A DNA stretch of 64,000 nucleotides from Candidatus Iainarchaeum sp. (GCA_016187745.1 JACPJC010000006.1:26747-90746); one strand, 5' to 3'. Shown: positions 38,356 through 48,459, counted from the first letter of the stretch. The notes: generated from the sequence alone by a model not told the origin. A program made the numbers and translations.

Positions 38356-38553
38356 ATGAAGCCAGGCGGTGCAATTAGAAAAGCTAACATTGCGAGAGTT
38401 AAGAATTTCATTATAAAAGGAAAGGGCGGAAATGAATTGTCTGGAAAGGAAAAAAGTTTGCTTAATAGGTATATAGGAATAAAGGGAAAAACTCCGAAAG
38501 TAAAGCGCCTGAATGCGCCAAGGGTGCGCAGGTTTTTGAAAAATGCAGGGTAA
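38356..38553 (+). CDS. Hypothetical basic protein
   Basis: 65-aa ORF. Confidence 0.3.
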   Translation: MKPGGAIRKANIARVKNFIIKGKGGNELSGKEKSLLNRYIGIKGKTPKVKRLNAPRVRRFLKNAG

Positions 38554-38811
38554 GTGAAAAAAGTGCCAGTATTCCGTGGAAAACCAGAGAGATACCCGCG
38601 CCCACTTCGTAAAGGCGAAGAAATAAATCTTAAATCTGACTTGATGCGATTCACTGACTTTAAGATAAATATTGACCTGAACAAATTAAATTATGAAGAA
38701 TTAGAGATGCTTAAACCAATTGTAGACGATATAAAAAGGGGAAATAAAATGGATAAAAAACGCCTAAACCTATACGACACATTGATGAAAAAGCTTACCC
38801 GTGAAACCTAA
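38554..38811 (+). CDS. Hypothetical protein
   Basis: 85-aa ORF. Confidence 0.3.
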   Translation: MKKVPVFRGKPERYPRPLRKGEEINLKSDLMRFTDFKINIDLNKLNYEELEMLKPIVDDIKRGNKMDKKRLNLYDTLMKKLTRET

Positions 38812-38847
38812 TTTTATATACCCTTGCGGCATAATATTACTGGTTGA

Positions 38848-40570
38848 AATGGCTGAGGAAAGCGCGGATCTTGAAGGGCTTATTTACAAGTATGCCATCA
38901 AAAATGCATTCCTTCACAGCGGGAAGGCCGATGTTGGCGCGGTTGTGGGGAAGGTTATTGCGCTGCAGAAGGAAGCGGAAGTTGACTTGAAGAAAATAGT
39001 TCCCAAAATCCAGGGGATTGTGAAGGGAATAAATTCAATGCCTTTTGCTGAGATTGAAGAGGAGTATAAGAAATTTGAGGAAGCGGGATATGAGCTGAAG
39101 CCGAAGGAGAAAAAGATTGGATTGCCGGATTTGGAGTGGATGCAATCCGGAAAGGAAAGTGTTGTTGCAAGGTTTGCGCCGAATCCGAATGGCCCAATGC
39201 ATTTCGGGCATGCGCGCGCCTGCTATATGAGCTATGCGTTTGCGGAGAAATATGCTGGCAAGTTTATTTTGAGGTTTGATGATACCGACCCGAAAATCAA
39301 GAAGCCTGTTGCGGAAGCTTATAAGGCATTTGAGAGGGATGTGGAATGGCTCAATGGAAGTGCGCCAAATGAAATCATTTACGCTTCGGACAGGCTGGAT
39401 TTGTATTATGATTATATGCGCAGGCTGATTGAAAAGGACGGCGCGTACATATGCAACTGCGCTTCAGAGAAATGGCGCGGGCTCATAAGAAAGGGAAAGG
39501 GCTGCAAGTGCAGGGCTGAAAACAAAAAAGAACAGATGAAGAAATTCAAGAAGATGCTGGCGCATGAGTCCAGGGAAGGGGAAGCCGTAATCCGCATCAA
39601 GACCGATTTGGCGCACAAGGACCCGAGCACAAGGGACTGGTGGATTGCAAAAATCGTTGACAAGCCGGAGCATCCGAGAGTTTCGGGAAAGTACCTGTGG
39701 CCAAGCTATAATTTCGCGAGCGCAATAGATGACCATGAGCTTGGAATTACATTAATAATAAGGGGGCAGCAGCACGCGCAGAATGAGACGAAGCAGAAAT
39801 TCCTCTATGAGTATTTCAAGTGGAAATACCCCCATGCAATTACATATGGGCTGCTGAAACTGAGTGAAACAGTACTGAGCAAGAGCAAGATAAAGGCGAA
39901 GATTGAGGAGGGGGAATTCTCAGGGTTTGATGACCCCAGAGTCGGAACGCTTGAGAACCTCCGCAGGAGGGGCATAACTGCAGAAGCAATAAGGGAAATC
40001 CTGATTGATATCGGGGTTAAGCCGAATGACATTACAGTGAGCGAGGATGCGCTTTATGATGCGAACCGCAATGTAATTGATGCTAATGCGGACAGGATAA
40101 TTTTCATTTCGGAGCCGGTGCTGATTGATGTGCAGTTCGCGCAGGGGATTGACGCGAAACTGCCAAGGCACCCTGATGCTTCGGAGCGCGGGGAGAAGGT
40201 TTATCATTTGAATGAGGGCATGCAGCGCTTCATAATTGAGAAGGGCGATGCCGAGAAATTGAAAACAGGGGAAACAATAAGGCTTAAGCATGCATACAAT
40301 GTGAGGATTGTAAAAAAGGATTCCATGCAGATTTTTGCTGAATTCGTGAGCGCTTCAAAAATTGATGCGCCGCTGATTCCCTGGCTTTTGGAAGAGGAGA
40401 GCATTGGGATTGAGGTGCTGATGCCTGATGCAAAAATTGTTTACGGGAGCGCGGAAGCGGAACTGCTCAAATATGATGTTGGAAGCATCCTGCAGCTGGA
40501 AAGATTGGGATATGCAAGGCTTGATGCAAGGGAAGGGAATTCCGCCAGGCTCTGGTTTGCGCATAAATGA
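38848..40570 (+). CDS. gltX: Glutamyl-tRNA synthetase (archaeal GluRS)
   Basis: HIGH motif (PNPNGPMHFGHAR). Class I Glu/GlnRS catalytic and anticodon-binding domains. Confidence 0.88.
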
Positions 40571-40677
40571 GCGGATTAGTTTGATTTAAAAACCTTAAGG
40601 CGCAGGGTATATTATACGTTTTGATTCTGGGTTGCATCTTTTTTTGATAAAACCTGTGATAAAACGATGAACCCCGC

Positions 40678-40700
40678 AATAAGGGCATAATGCCCTTATG
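40678..40700 (+). promoter_or_regulatory. Palindromic motif AATAAGGGCATAATGCCCTTAT flanked by GAACCCC direct repeats, upstream of rpl7ae
   Basis: Perfect 10-bp inverted repeat. GAACCCC at 40669-40675 and 40700-40706. Confidence 0.5.
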
Positions 40701-40753
40701 AACCCCAAGCAGGAAAATTGTTTGGGCAGGGGCGAGAAAAGGAGGTTTCTGAT

Positions 40754-41107
40754 ATGGCTGAGAAGAAAGCTGAAAAGGCCGAGGCAAAGGAAGTCAGTGT
40801 GCAGAATCCGCTTGCGCTTGTCGAGAAAGTGAAGAAGACAGGCAAGCTGAAAATAGGCATAAATGAGGTTACAAAGGCTGTTGAGAGGGGAGTCGCAAAG
40901 GCGGTTGTTGTTGCGGAGGACGTTAACCCCAAGGAAATAGTGATGCATCTGCCTGCGCTTTGCAAGGAAAAGAACATCCCGTTGCTGAATGCTCCGAGCA
41001 AAAAAGAGCTTGGTGAGAAGGCAGGGATTGTTGTCGGAACTGCGGCAGTTGCCGTTCTTGAAGAGGGCGATGCGAAGAAGGATATTGACGCGCTGCACAA
41101 GAAATGA
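40754..41107 (+). CDS. rpl7ae: Ribosomal protein L7Ae
   Basis: L7Ae/L30e fold sequence (KLKIGINEVTKAVERGVAKAVVVAEDVNP). Confidence 0.88.
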   Translation: MAEKKAEKAEAKEVSVQNPLALVEKVKKTGKLKIGINEVTKAVERGVAKAVVVAEDVNPKEIVMHLPALCKEKNIPLLNAPSKKELGEKAGIVVGTAAVAVLEEGDAKKDIDALHKK

Positions 41108-41125
41108 ATTTAAGGGGAAATTAAA

Positions 41126-41347
41126 ATGGCTGAATACAGGGAAAGGGGCACTCCGGCAGAGGTTGTTGAAGTTGTGAAGCGCACGGGCGTGTATGGGGAA
41201 ATCAAGCAGGTGCTGTGCAAAATACTGGAAGGGCCGGAAGTTGGAAGGGTAAAGCGCAGGAATGTGAAGGGAAATCTCAAGAAAGGGGACATTGTTGTGC
41301 TGTTGAGCACAGAGCGCGAGGCAAAAGAAATCAAGGCGAGGGGTTGA
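41126..41347 (+). CDS. rps28e: Ribosomal protein S28e
   Basis: eS28 homology. Confidence 0.85.
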   Translation: MAEYRERGTPAEVVEVVKRTGVYGEIKQVLCKILEGPEVGRVKRRNVKGNLKKGDIVVLLSTEREAKEIKARG

Positions 41348-41349
41348 AT

Positions 41350-41550
41350 ATGCCAAAGTGCAGTTTTTGCGGGGACAATCTGCTCCGCGGCTCGGGGCTC
41401 ATGTATGTCAAGAAGGACACTACAGTTTATTATTTCTGCAGCCGCAAGTGCGAGAAGAATCTCCTGAATTTGCGCAGAAACCCGAGAAAGGCGGAATGGA
41501 CCGCAACGCATAAGAAGTGGAAAGGCGCGGGCTCAAAGGAAGGCGGCTAA
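41350..41550 (+). CDS. rpl24e: Ribosomal protein L24e
   Basis: MPKCSFCGDNLLRGSGLMYVKKDTTVYYFCSRKCEKN is the eL24 zinc ribbon. Confidence 0.85.
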   Translation: MPKCSFCGDNLLRGSGLMYVKKDTTVYYFCSRKCEKNLLNLRRNPRKAEWTATHKKWKGAGSKEGG

Positions 41551-41551
41551 A

Positions 41552-42031
41552 ATGGTGAATGAGCGCACCCTGATAATAGTAAAGCCCGATGCATTGAATA
41601 GGGATTTGGCGGGGGAGGCTATTTCAAGGTTCGAGAGAAAGGGCCTCAAAATTGTTGCAATGAAGATGGAGCATCTTCCTGTTTATAAACTGAAGGAGCA
41701 TTATGCGCACCTTGCGGAAAAGGCATTTTTCGAAGAGTTAATAAAATACATGTCAAGCATACCCTCAATCCTGATGGTTTTGGAGGGAAAGGAAGCGTGC
41801 AAGGTTGCAAGAAAGCTTATCGGGGGGACTTACGGAAGGGAGGCTGAGCCTGGAACTTTAAGGGGAGACTACAGCGTCAGCAACCAGATGAACCTTGTGC
41901 ATGCGTCCGAAACCCCTGAAATAGCCGAGAAGGAAATAAAGAACTTCTTTGCAGAAAAGGAAATTTTTGAATACAACAAGACAAACTTTGACTGGATTTA
42001 TGCAAGGGATTCCAAAGGCGAAATTGTGTAG
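41552..42031 (+). CDS. ndk: Nucleoside diphosphate kinase
   Basis: NDK homology (ERTLIIVKPDA..., NLVHASE). Confidence 0.88.
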   Translation: MVNERTLIIVKPDALNRDLAGEAISRFERKGLKIVAMKMEHLPVYKLKEHYAHLAEKAFFEELIKYMSSIPSILMVLEGKEACKVARKLIGGTYGREAEPGTLRGDYSVSNQMNLVHASETPEIAEKEIKNFFAEKEIFEYNKTNFDWIYARDSKGEIV

Positions 42032-42033
42032 GG

Positions 42034-43773
42034 CTATTTCTTTTCCCTTAATTCTGAGTCCTGCGCATATTCAAGATTGCGCTTCAGCGCGAATTCGGCT
42101 TTCTGGAGCTCCGCGCCCAAATAGAGCGCGTGGGAAGTGTTTATCTGCGCCTTAAATGCAAGCTGCTCATAAATCTCGCGCGCGCTTGCGCCGCAGATTT
42201 TCTCAATCTCGCGGTTTGTTTCGGGATGCAGGAGCGCAATTGAGATTTTCCCATCCTCAATTGCAATGACATAATTGCCCCTTGGGTCGGAATAATCTAT
42301 TTTGGGTTTGCGGAACTTTGAGAGCATCTCCTCAACTTGCTTGTAGTAATGCGCATAAATCTGGGCGCTGCCAGAGATTATTGTAATTATCCCTGTTGGC
42401 AATCCGATTGCGTCTGCGATTGTTTTCTGTATTGCCGCGCATCCGTAAGCGTTTTCAGGCCAGCCCTGCACCATGTCATGAGACCTGAAATAAACCATCA
42501 GATTCAGCCTTTCATCCTGCACTATCGGGTGCAGCAGAACAAGGCAGGGGCTGCTCTTGTGCTTGCGCATAAGCTCATCGGAAACATGCCATGTGATTGC
42601 AACGCCTGCCTTTGAGTAGGGGTCGCGCTTCAGCGCATCTATAATATCTGCAATCTGGTCAATTTCACAGCCCTTTTCCAGGTATTTCACATTTGCATCA
42701 AGGTGCGCGCCCTTTCCGAACTCAAAATCCTTGTAGGCAGGGCTGTTTGCAAGCTCCTTGACAACGCCTGCGTCTTCAACCAAATATGCGCGCAGCTTGT
42801 TGCCGTAAGTGTAGGCCTTTCCCTCGGGAAGAAGCGGGGACAAGACCTCTTTTTGGTATGCAAGGATTTTTTCATTTGTAAGAGGGACAAGGAATGGATT
42901 CAGGGACAAACCGCCATTCTGCGGGCTGTGGATTACCGCAACCAAATTGTTTATTTCCTTTACCCGGCGGTCAGTGTTTGCGTTCATCAGATTCCTTTTT
43001 CCATAGCGGGAGATCGCGTGCATTATTTCAATCCAGGTTTCGGGGATTGAATTTCCTGAAACAAGAAGCGCGCTTCCCTCATGGGGGAATTCCTCGGCGC
43101 TCGGTTCATAGGGAAAAATTTGTGGCGTGTCTGAAAACGGCTGCTTCCTTTCAGCTTCCTTCATTATCCTGTTGGCTTCGGCAATCTTCTCCTCAAGGGA
43201 TGCCCTTGGCATTCTTGAATTCAGATCAATTAATTCCACAGAAGCCATTATTCCGTTTATTGCTTCCGAGGGAATATTCCTGTCGAAATAAACCGCGCTT
43301 TCAAATCCCTGAAGCTTGCGCCCGGAATTTATGCCCTTCTCGAAAAATGCCCTTATTGAGTTTGCGCTTGTCTGCTGGACTGGCGAATTTGGTGAAAGGG
43401 TTTTCTGCTGCTCCGCGGCGGAATACTCGCTTCCAAGAACTATCATGTAGCGTATGAAGGGGTTTGCAAGGATGTTGCGCGCCATTCCTTCAAGCCCCGC
43501 GGGAGTGTAAAAATTGCTCGCAATCGCAAGCCTTTCCTTTTCCAGTTTTGGCAGAATCGCATCGCGCATTGTCCAGAGGAAGGTAACTGCAAAATCCGCA
43601 TTTGTAATGCGCGTTTCGTTCCTTTCGGGAAATGCTATCCTGTCCCTAACGCTAACGGGCCAGCCCTTTGCGCCCGAGCTGCCAACAAGCCCGCGCATAG
43701 CATTTAGAATCTGTTCATCAGAAGGCATAGCCAGCTCCCAATAAGAATAATCCGAATAACCCTTAAAAAGCAT
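42034..43773 (-). CDS. Thymidylate synthase (ThyA) family protein with about 230-aa N-terminal extension of unknown function
   Basis: The C-terminal 330 aa carry ThyA motifs (NDRR-like region, SSPC nucleophile Cys, RSHDMVQGWPENAYGCAAIQ...GLPTGIITIISGSAQIYAHY). The N-terminal approx. 230 aa match no known family. Confidence 0.7.
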   Translation of the reverse strand: MLFKGYSDYSYWELAMPSDEQILNAMRGLVGSSGAKGWPVSVRDRIAFPERNETRITNADFAVTFLWTMRDAILPKLEKERLAIASNFYTPAGLEGMARNILANPFIRYMIVLGSEYSAAEQQKTLSPNSPVQQTSANSIRAFFEKGINSGRKLQGFESAVYFDRNIPSEAINGIMASVELIDLNSRMPRASLEEKIAEANRIMKEAERKQPFSDTPQIFPYEPSAEEFPHEGSALLVSGNSIPETWIEIMHAISRYGKRNLMNANTDRRVKEINNLVAVIHSPQNGGLSLNPFLVPLTNEKILAYQKEVLSPLLPEGKAYTYGNKLRAYLVEDAGVVKELANSPAYKDFEFGKGAHLDANVKYLEKGCEIDQIADIIDALKRDPYSKAGVAITWHVSDELMRKHKSSPCLVLLHPIVQDERLNLMVYFRSHDMVQGWPENAYGCAAIQKTIADAIGLPTGIITIISGSAQIYAHYYKQVEEMLSKFRKPKIDYSDPRGNYVIAIEDGKISIALLHPETNREIEKICGASAREIYEQLAFKAQINTSHALYLGAELQKAEFALKRNLEYAQDSELREKK

Positions 43774-43874
43774 TCCCTACAATAGTTATTACAGAATAGC
43801 GCTCTTCTTTTTGGCTTTGCATATTGTTCTGAGTTGCTTGTTCGAAATTGAAAGTTTTAAACTGGTGAGCTGAA

Positions 43875-45635
43875 ATGAATGCAATAAGGCAGCCCATAAT
43901 TGTTGTTATGGGGCATGTGGACGCTGGAAAGACAAGCCTGCTTGACCGCATTAGGGGCACAACTGTTGCGGCGCGCGAGGCGGGCGCAATAACCCAGCAT
44001 ATTGGCGCTACGGAAGTCCCTGTAGAAATAATAAGCAGAATTTCCGGCGCGCTGCTCGGGAAATACGGCTTCAAATTGAACATTCCAGGGCTGCTGTTCA
44101 TTGACACGCCTGGGCATGAGGCATTTACGCATTTGCGCGAGAGGGGGGGGAGCATTGCGGATTTGTGCGTGCTTGTAGTGGATGCAATAAAGGGATTGCA
44201 GGAGCAGAGCTTTGAGGCGCTGAATATTTTAAGGACATTCAAGACCCCGTTCATTGTTGCAATGAACAAAATAGACAATATTGCGGGATGGAAGACCGCG
44301 GATGCGAGCTTCACTGCAAATCTTGCGCAGCAGAACGCATATGCGCTTGAGGCGCTTGACAAGAAGTTATATGAAGTTGTGGGGCAGCTGCACGCAAGGG
44401 GATTCAATTCCGAGAGGTTTGACCGCTGCGAGAATTTTACGCAGCAGATTCCGATAATCCCGGTGTGCTCGAAATCGGGGGAAGGGATTGCCGAAGTGCT
44501 TGTGTTTTTGTCGGGATTGAGCCAGAAATTCCTGGAAAGCGAGCTGGCGCTGCATGTGAAGGGCGCGGCGCGCGGGAGCGTGCTTGAGGTAAATGAGGAG
44601 CGGGGATTGGGGACAACGATTGACATTATTTTATACGATGGAACTCTGCACGCAAAGGAGGAAATTGCGGTTCTCGGAAGGGCGGGGGTCATAACAACGA
44701 AAGTGCGCGCAATATTGAAGCCCAGGGCGCTTGAGCAGATGGGAACAGGGGAAAAATTCTTCAATGTGCTGGAAGCGCATGCGGCTTCGGGAATAAAAAT
44801 TTCCGCGCCCCTTCTTGAGAATGCAATTGCGGGCTCCCCGTTCATTGCGGTAAGCTCGGAAAAGGACATTGAGGAACTTAAAAAAGAATCAAGGGAAATA
44901 AAAATCGAAAGCGATGTTGCAGGGGTTGTAATAAAGGCGGATACGCTTGGAAGCTTGGAAGCCATGGTCAAGCTGCTGCAGAATGCGGGGCTTAAAATAA
45001 GGTTTGCGGATCTTGGCGCAATAAGCAGGAATGATGTGATGTGCGCCCTTGCGGTAAGGGAGAATGATGCGGAAAAGGCGGTAATATTCGCATTCAATGT
45101 GCCTGCCCTTCCGGAAGCGCTGCAGGAGGCCGAAAAGAAGGGAATAAAAATATTCTCTGGGAACGTTATATACAGGCTTATTGAGGATTACACTCAATGG
45201 ATTGAGCTTTTCAAGGAGCAGGCAAGGAAGCAGAAGGAAGCGGAGCTCATTTACCCCTTTGCCTTCAAAATACTTCCAGGCATGGTCTTCAGGAACAGCA
45301 AGCCGGCTGTTGCGGGAATCCATGTGACAAGCGGAAAAATAAAGCCCGGAGTGGAAATTATGAACGAGAATGGAGAAATTGTTGGGAAGGTGGAATCGCT
45401 GCAGTCGGAGGGAAAAACGCTTCATGAGGCCGGGAAGGGGGATGAAGTCGCAATCGCGATTTCCGGAGCGACAATAGGGAGGCAGATAAGCGAGAATGAG
45501 ACCCTGTATTCTGCAATAACCCAGAAGGGGCTTGCAAAAATCCTGCAGAACGCGGACATGTTCAGTTCTGAGGAAATTGAGCTTGCGAAAAAATTGTTTG
45601 AAAAACTAAAAAGCACTGAAGAAGAGGGCAATTGA
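43875..45635 (+). CDS. infB: Translation initiation factor aIF5B (IF2 homolog)
   Basis: GHVDAGKTSLLD GTPase plus IF2 domains. No intein. Confidence 0.92.
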   Translation: MNAIRQPIIVVMGHVDAGKTSLLDRIRGTTVAAREAGAITQHIGATEVPVEIISRISGALLGKYGFKLNIPGLLFIDTPGHEAFTHLRERGGSIADLCVLVVDAIKGLQEQSFEALNILRTFKTPFIVAMNKIDNIAGWKTADASFTANLAQQNAYALEALDKKLYEVVGQLHARGFNSERFDRCENFTQQIPIIPVCSKSGEGIAEVLVFLSGLSQKFLESELALHVKGAARGSVLEVNEERGLGTTIDIILYDGTLHAKEEIAVLGRAGVITTKVRAILKPRALEQMGTGEKFFNVLEAHAASGIKISAPLLENAIAGSPFIAVSSEKDIEELKKESREIKIESDVAGVVIKADTLGSLEAMVKLLQNAGLKIRFADLGAISRNDVMCALAVRENDAEKAVIFAFNVPALPEALQEAEKKGIKIFSGNVIYRLIEDYTQWIELFKEQARKQKEAELIYPFAFKILPGMVFRNSKPAVAGIHVTSGKIKPGVEIMNENGEIVGKVESLQSEGKTLHEAGKGDEVAIAISGATIGRQISENETLYSAITQKGLAKILQNADMFSSEEIELAKKLFEKLKSTEEEGN

Positions 45636-45690
45636 GAAATAAAATAAGAAAAATAAGAATAATTTCAACAAATCAAACGGAGGAGAAAAA

Positions 45691-46182
45691 ATGCAATTAT
45701 CAATTTCAGATCCGAAAAGCGGAAAAGCATATTCAAAAAAAATAGAGGAAGCGGGAATATTCCTCAACAAAAAGCTCGGGGACACTGTCGAGCTTTCTGC
45801 AATAGGGATGCAGGGATACAGGGCGAAAATTGCGGGAGGCTCGGACAAGTGCGGATTTCCCATGCACCCCGGGGTTTCAGGGCTTGCGAGAAAAAGGCTT
45901 TTCATTGCGGAGGGAACAGGCTTCAATGCGGAGAAGCGCGGGGAAAGGAAGCGCAAGAACGTAAGGGGAAATGTAATCGGCGCTGACATAAATCAGCTGA
46001 ACTTAAGGGTTTCCGAATATGGAAGTGTTCCCTTGAGCGAGCTGTTTGCGGGGGAAATTGCAAAGCCGAAGGAAGAGAAGAAGTCAGCAAAGGAAGCGCT
46101 GGTTGAGCAGAGCCTTGAGCAGGTTGGAAAGGTAGAAATTGCCGGCGACTCAAGCAAAATAAAGGGGAAGGCGAAGGGTTAG
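45691..46182 (+). CDS. rps6e: Ribosomal protein S6e
   Basis: eS6 homology. Confidence 0.85.
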   Translation: MQLSISDPKSGKAYSKKIEEAGIFLNKKLGDTVELSAIGMQGYRAKIAGGSDKCGFPMHPGVSGLARKRLFIAEGTGFNAEKRGERKRKNVRGNVIGADINQLNLRVSEYGSVPLSELFAGEIAKPKEEKKSAKEALVEQSLEQVGKVEIAGDSSKIKGKAKG

Positions 46183-46185
46183 TGA

Positions 46186-47403
46186 ATGCGTACAGCTGAA
46201 AACCAGTCAAATGAGCCGTTGCAGGCTGAGGTCAATATAGGCATGGTGGGGCACGTTGACCATGGGAAAACAAGCCTTACTAAGGCAATAACCGGAAAGT
46301 GGACTGACACGCATTCCGAGGAGCTGAAGCGCGGAATTTCCATAAGGCTTGGGTATGCGGATGCGGTCTTCTACAAGTGCGAAAAATGCTCTGGCGCAGG
46401 GGCATACGCAACAAAGCCGAAATGCGGAAAGTGCTCGGGAAATGCGAAGCTCCTTAGGAAAGTGAGCTTTGTTGATGCGCCCGGGCATGAAACACTTATG
46501 ACCACAATGCTTTCAGGAGCCGCGCTAATGAACGGCGCGATTCTTGTAATTGCTGCAAATGAGCCCTGCCCGCAGCCGAGGACTGCGGAGCACTTGACTG
46601 CACTGAAGATGTCGGGGATAAACAGCATTGTTGTTGCGCAGAACAAGATAGACCTTGTATCAAGGGAAAAGGCGCTGGAATCCTTCAGGGAAATAAGGGA
46701 ATTCCTGAAGGAATATGATGCGGAGGATGCGCAGATAATCCCTGTTGCGGCGCACTTCAATGCGAACATTGACGCGCTTGTTGAGGCGCTGGAAAAGGCA
46801 ATTCCCTCCCCAAAATTCGAATCCGGGAAGCCGCTGAGGATGTTTATTGCAAGAAGCTTTGACATAAACAGGCCCGGAAGCAAGGCAGAGGAGCTAAAGG
46901 GCGGGGCGCTCGGGGGCTCAATAACGCTTGGCTTTGCAAAGGTCGGGGATGAAATTGAAATAGCCCCGGGAATTGACGGGAAGAAATTGAAAACAAAAAT
47001 CTCAAGCCTGAGCACAGCAAATTACGAATTGAAGGAGGCAAAGCCCGGGGGGCTTATAGCAATAGGGACAACTCTTGACCCTTCAATCACAAAAAACGAC
47101 CAGATGCGCGGGCAGGTTGTGGGGGCGCTCAACACGCTTCCGGAGCCGGTTTCAAGGGTGAAGCTCGAGGTGCATGAGATGAAAAGGCTGCTTGAGGAGA
47201 TAGGGAAAATAAAGGTGAATGAAACTGTCGTGCTTACTGTTGGAACTGCAAGCATTGCTGCGAGCGTTGCAAAAATGGCAGGGAGCAACAAATTCGAATT
47301 CCTGCTCAAATCGCCTGTTGTTGTAGAGCCCAAACAGAAGGTTGCAATAAGCAAGCTGGTAAAATCGGCATGGCGCCTTGCGGCGTATGGTGTTGTTTCA
47401 TGA
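46186..47403 (+). CDS. eif2g: Translation initiation factor aIF2 gamma
   Basis: GHVDHGKTSL, zinc knuckle CEKCSG...CGKCSG, and EF-Tu-like domains. Confidence 0.92.
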   Translation: MRTAENQSNEPLQAEVNIGMVGHVDHGKTSLTKAITGKWTDTHSEELKRGISIRLGYADAVFYKCEKCSGAGAYATKPKCGKCSGNAKLLRKVSFVDAPGHETLMTTMLSGAALMNGAILVIAANEPCPQPRTAEHLTALKMSGINSIVVAQNKIDLVSREKALESFREIREFLKEYDAEDAQIIPVAAHFNANIDALVEALEKAIPSPKFESGKPLRMFIARSFDINRPGSKAEELKGGALGGSITLGFAKVGDEIEIAPGIDGKKLKTKISSLSTANYELKEAKPGGLIAIGTTLDPSITKNDQMRGQVVGALNTLPEPVSRVKLEVHEMKRLLEEIGKIKVNETVVLTVGTASIAASVAKMAGSNKFEFLLKSPVVVEPKQKVAISKLVKSAWRLAAYGVVS

Positions 47404-47792
47404 GGATAGCAATTGACGCGAATATGCTGCTTGCAATCGCAAATGAGAAGATTGACGTTTTCGGGCAGATAAGGGATGAGTTCGGAAAAACTGCTGAAAT
47501 CATAATTCCGAGGCAGGTAATTGATGAGCTGAAAATCCTTTCGAAGCGGAACAAAAAAAATGAAAATGCGGTGAAAATTGCAATGCAGGAAATTGAAAAG
47601 AATGATGCGCGCATTCGGGAAGTAAATGCAAAAAATGCCGATGAGGCGCTGATTGCGCTTGCAAGGGAAGGAACTGCTGTTGCAACAAATGATTCCGCGC
47701 TCAAGAAAGAGGTTAAAAAACTTAACGCTGGGATAATATTTACAAGAAAAGGGCGATTTTTGGCATTTTCTTCTATGAATCTTCTGTTTTAA
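47400..47792 (+). CDS. PIN-domain protein (conserved eif2g-rpoE neighbour)
   Basis: N-terminal RIAIDANML acidic PIN motif. Start overlaps the eif2g stop. Confidence 0.7.
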   Translation: MRIAIDANMLLAIANEKIDVFGQIRDEFGKTAEIIIPRQVIDELKILSKRNKKNENAVKIAMQEIEKNDARIREVNAKNADEALIALAREGTAVATNDSALKKEVKKLNAGIIFTRKGRFLAFSSMNLLF

Positions 47793-47817
47793 TGGATTTA
47801 AATGGAGTTAGAGAAAA

Positions 47818-48438
47818 ATGTATGCACTTTGTGAAATCCGGGATACAATACGCGTGCCCCCTGACAAGTTTGAAAGCAACCTGGAGAAGGCGATGCTGAA
47901 AATAATCCAGGAGGAGTATGAGGGGCTGGTGGATGAGGACCTTGGGGTTATTGTTGCGGTCAATGATGTGAAGAACATCGGCGAGGGAAAAGTAATTCCG
48001 GGGGAGGGCGCGGCGTATTACTCCGCCGACTTTGAATTGCTTGTTTACAAGCCAGAGGTTCAGGAAGTTGTGGAGGGATTTGTTTCCGAGGTTGCGGAAT
48101 TCGGGGCTTTCCTGCGCACGGGCCCTGTGGAAGGCCTTATACACGTTTCGCAGATAATGGATGATTACATAAATTATGACGGGAAACTGCCGGGGTTTGT
48201 GGGAAAATCCTCAAAGAAGAAGCTGGTTGTAAATGATGAGGTAATTGCAAGGGTAATTTCAGTGAGCCTGAAGGGAAGCATTGCGGAATCAAAGATAGGA
48301 CTGACAATGAGGCAGCCCTTCCTTGGAAAAGAGGAATGGCAGAAGATTGATGAGAAGCTCAAGCTCAGGGAAAAGCCGAAGCCGCAGGAAAAGAAGCAGG
48401 TGAAGCAGGCGCCGGACAGAAGGCCTGAGAAAAAGTAA
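47818..48438 (+). CDS. rpoE: RNA polymerase subunit E' (Rpb7)
   Basis: Rpb7 N-domain plus S1 domain. Basic C-terminal tail. Confidence 0.88.
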   Translation: MYALCEIRDTIRVPPDKFESNLEKAMLKIIQEEYEGLVDEDLGVIVAVNDVKNIGEGKVIPGEGAAYYSADFELLVYKPEVQEVVEGFVSEVAEFGAFLRTGPVEGLIHVSQIMDDYINYDGKLPGFVGKSSKKKLVVNDEVIARVISVSLKGSIAESKIGLTMRQPFLGKEEWQKIDEKLKLREKPKPQEKKQVKQAPDRRPEKK

Positions 48439-48459
48439 GGGAAGCTAATAATGAAAATG

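Noticed and set aside
42337-43457. Plus-strand ORFs (92, 115 and 187 aa) inside the thyA-family gene
   Set aside because: They are antisense to a gene with a complete ThyA motif set and are treated as artefacts.
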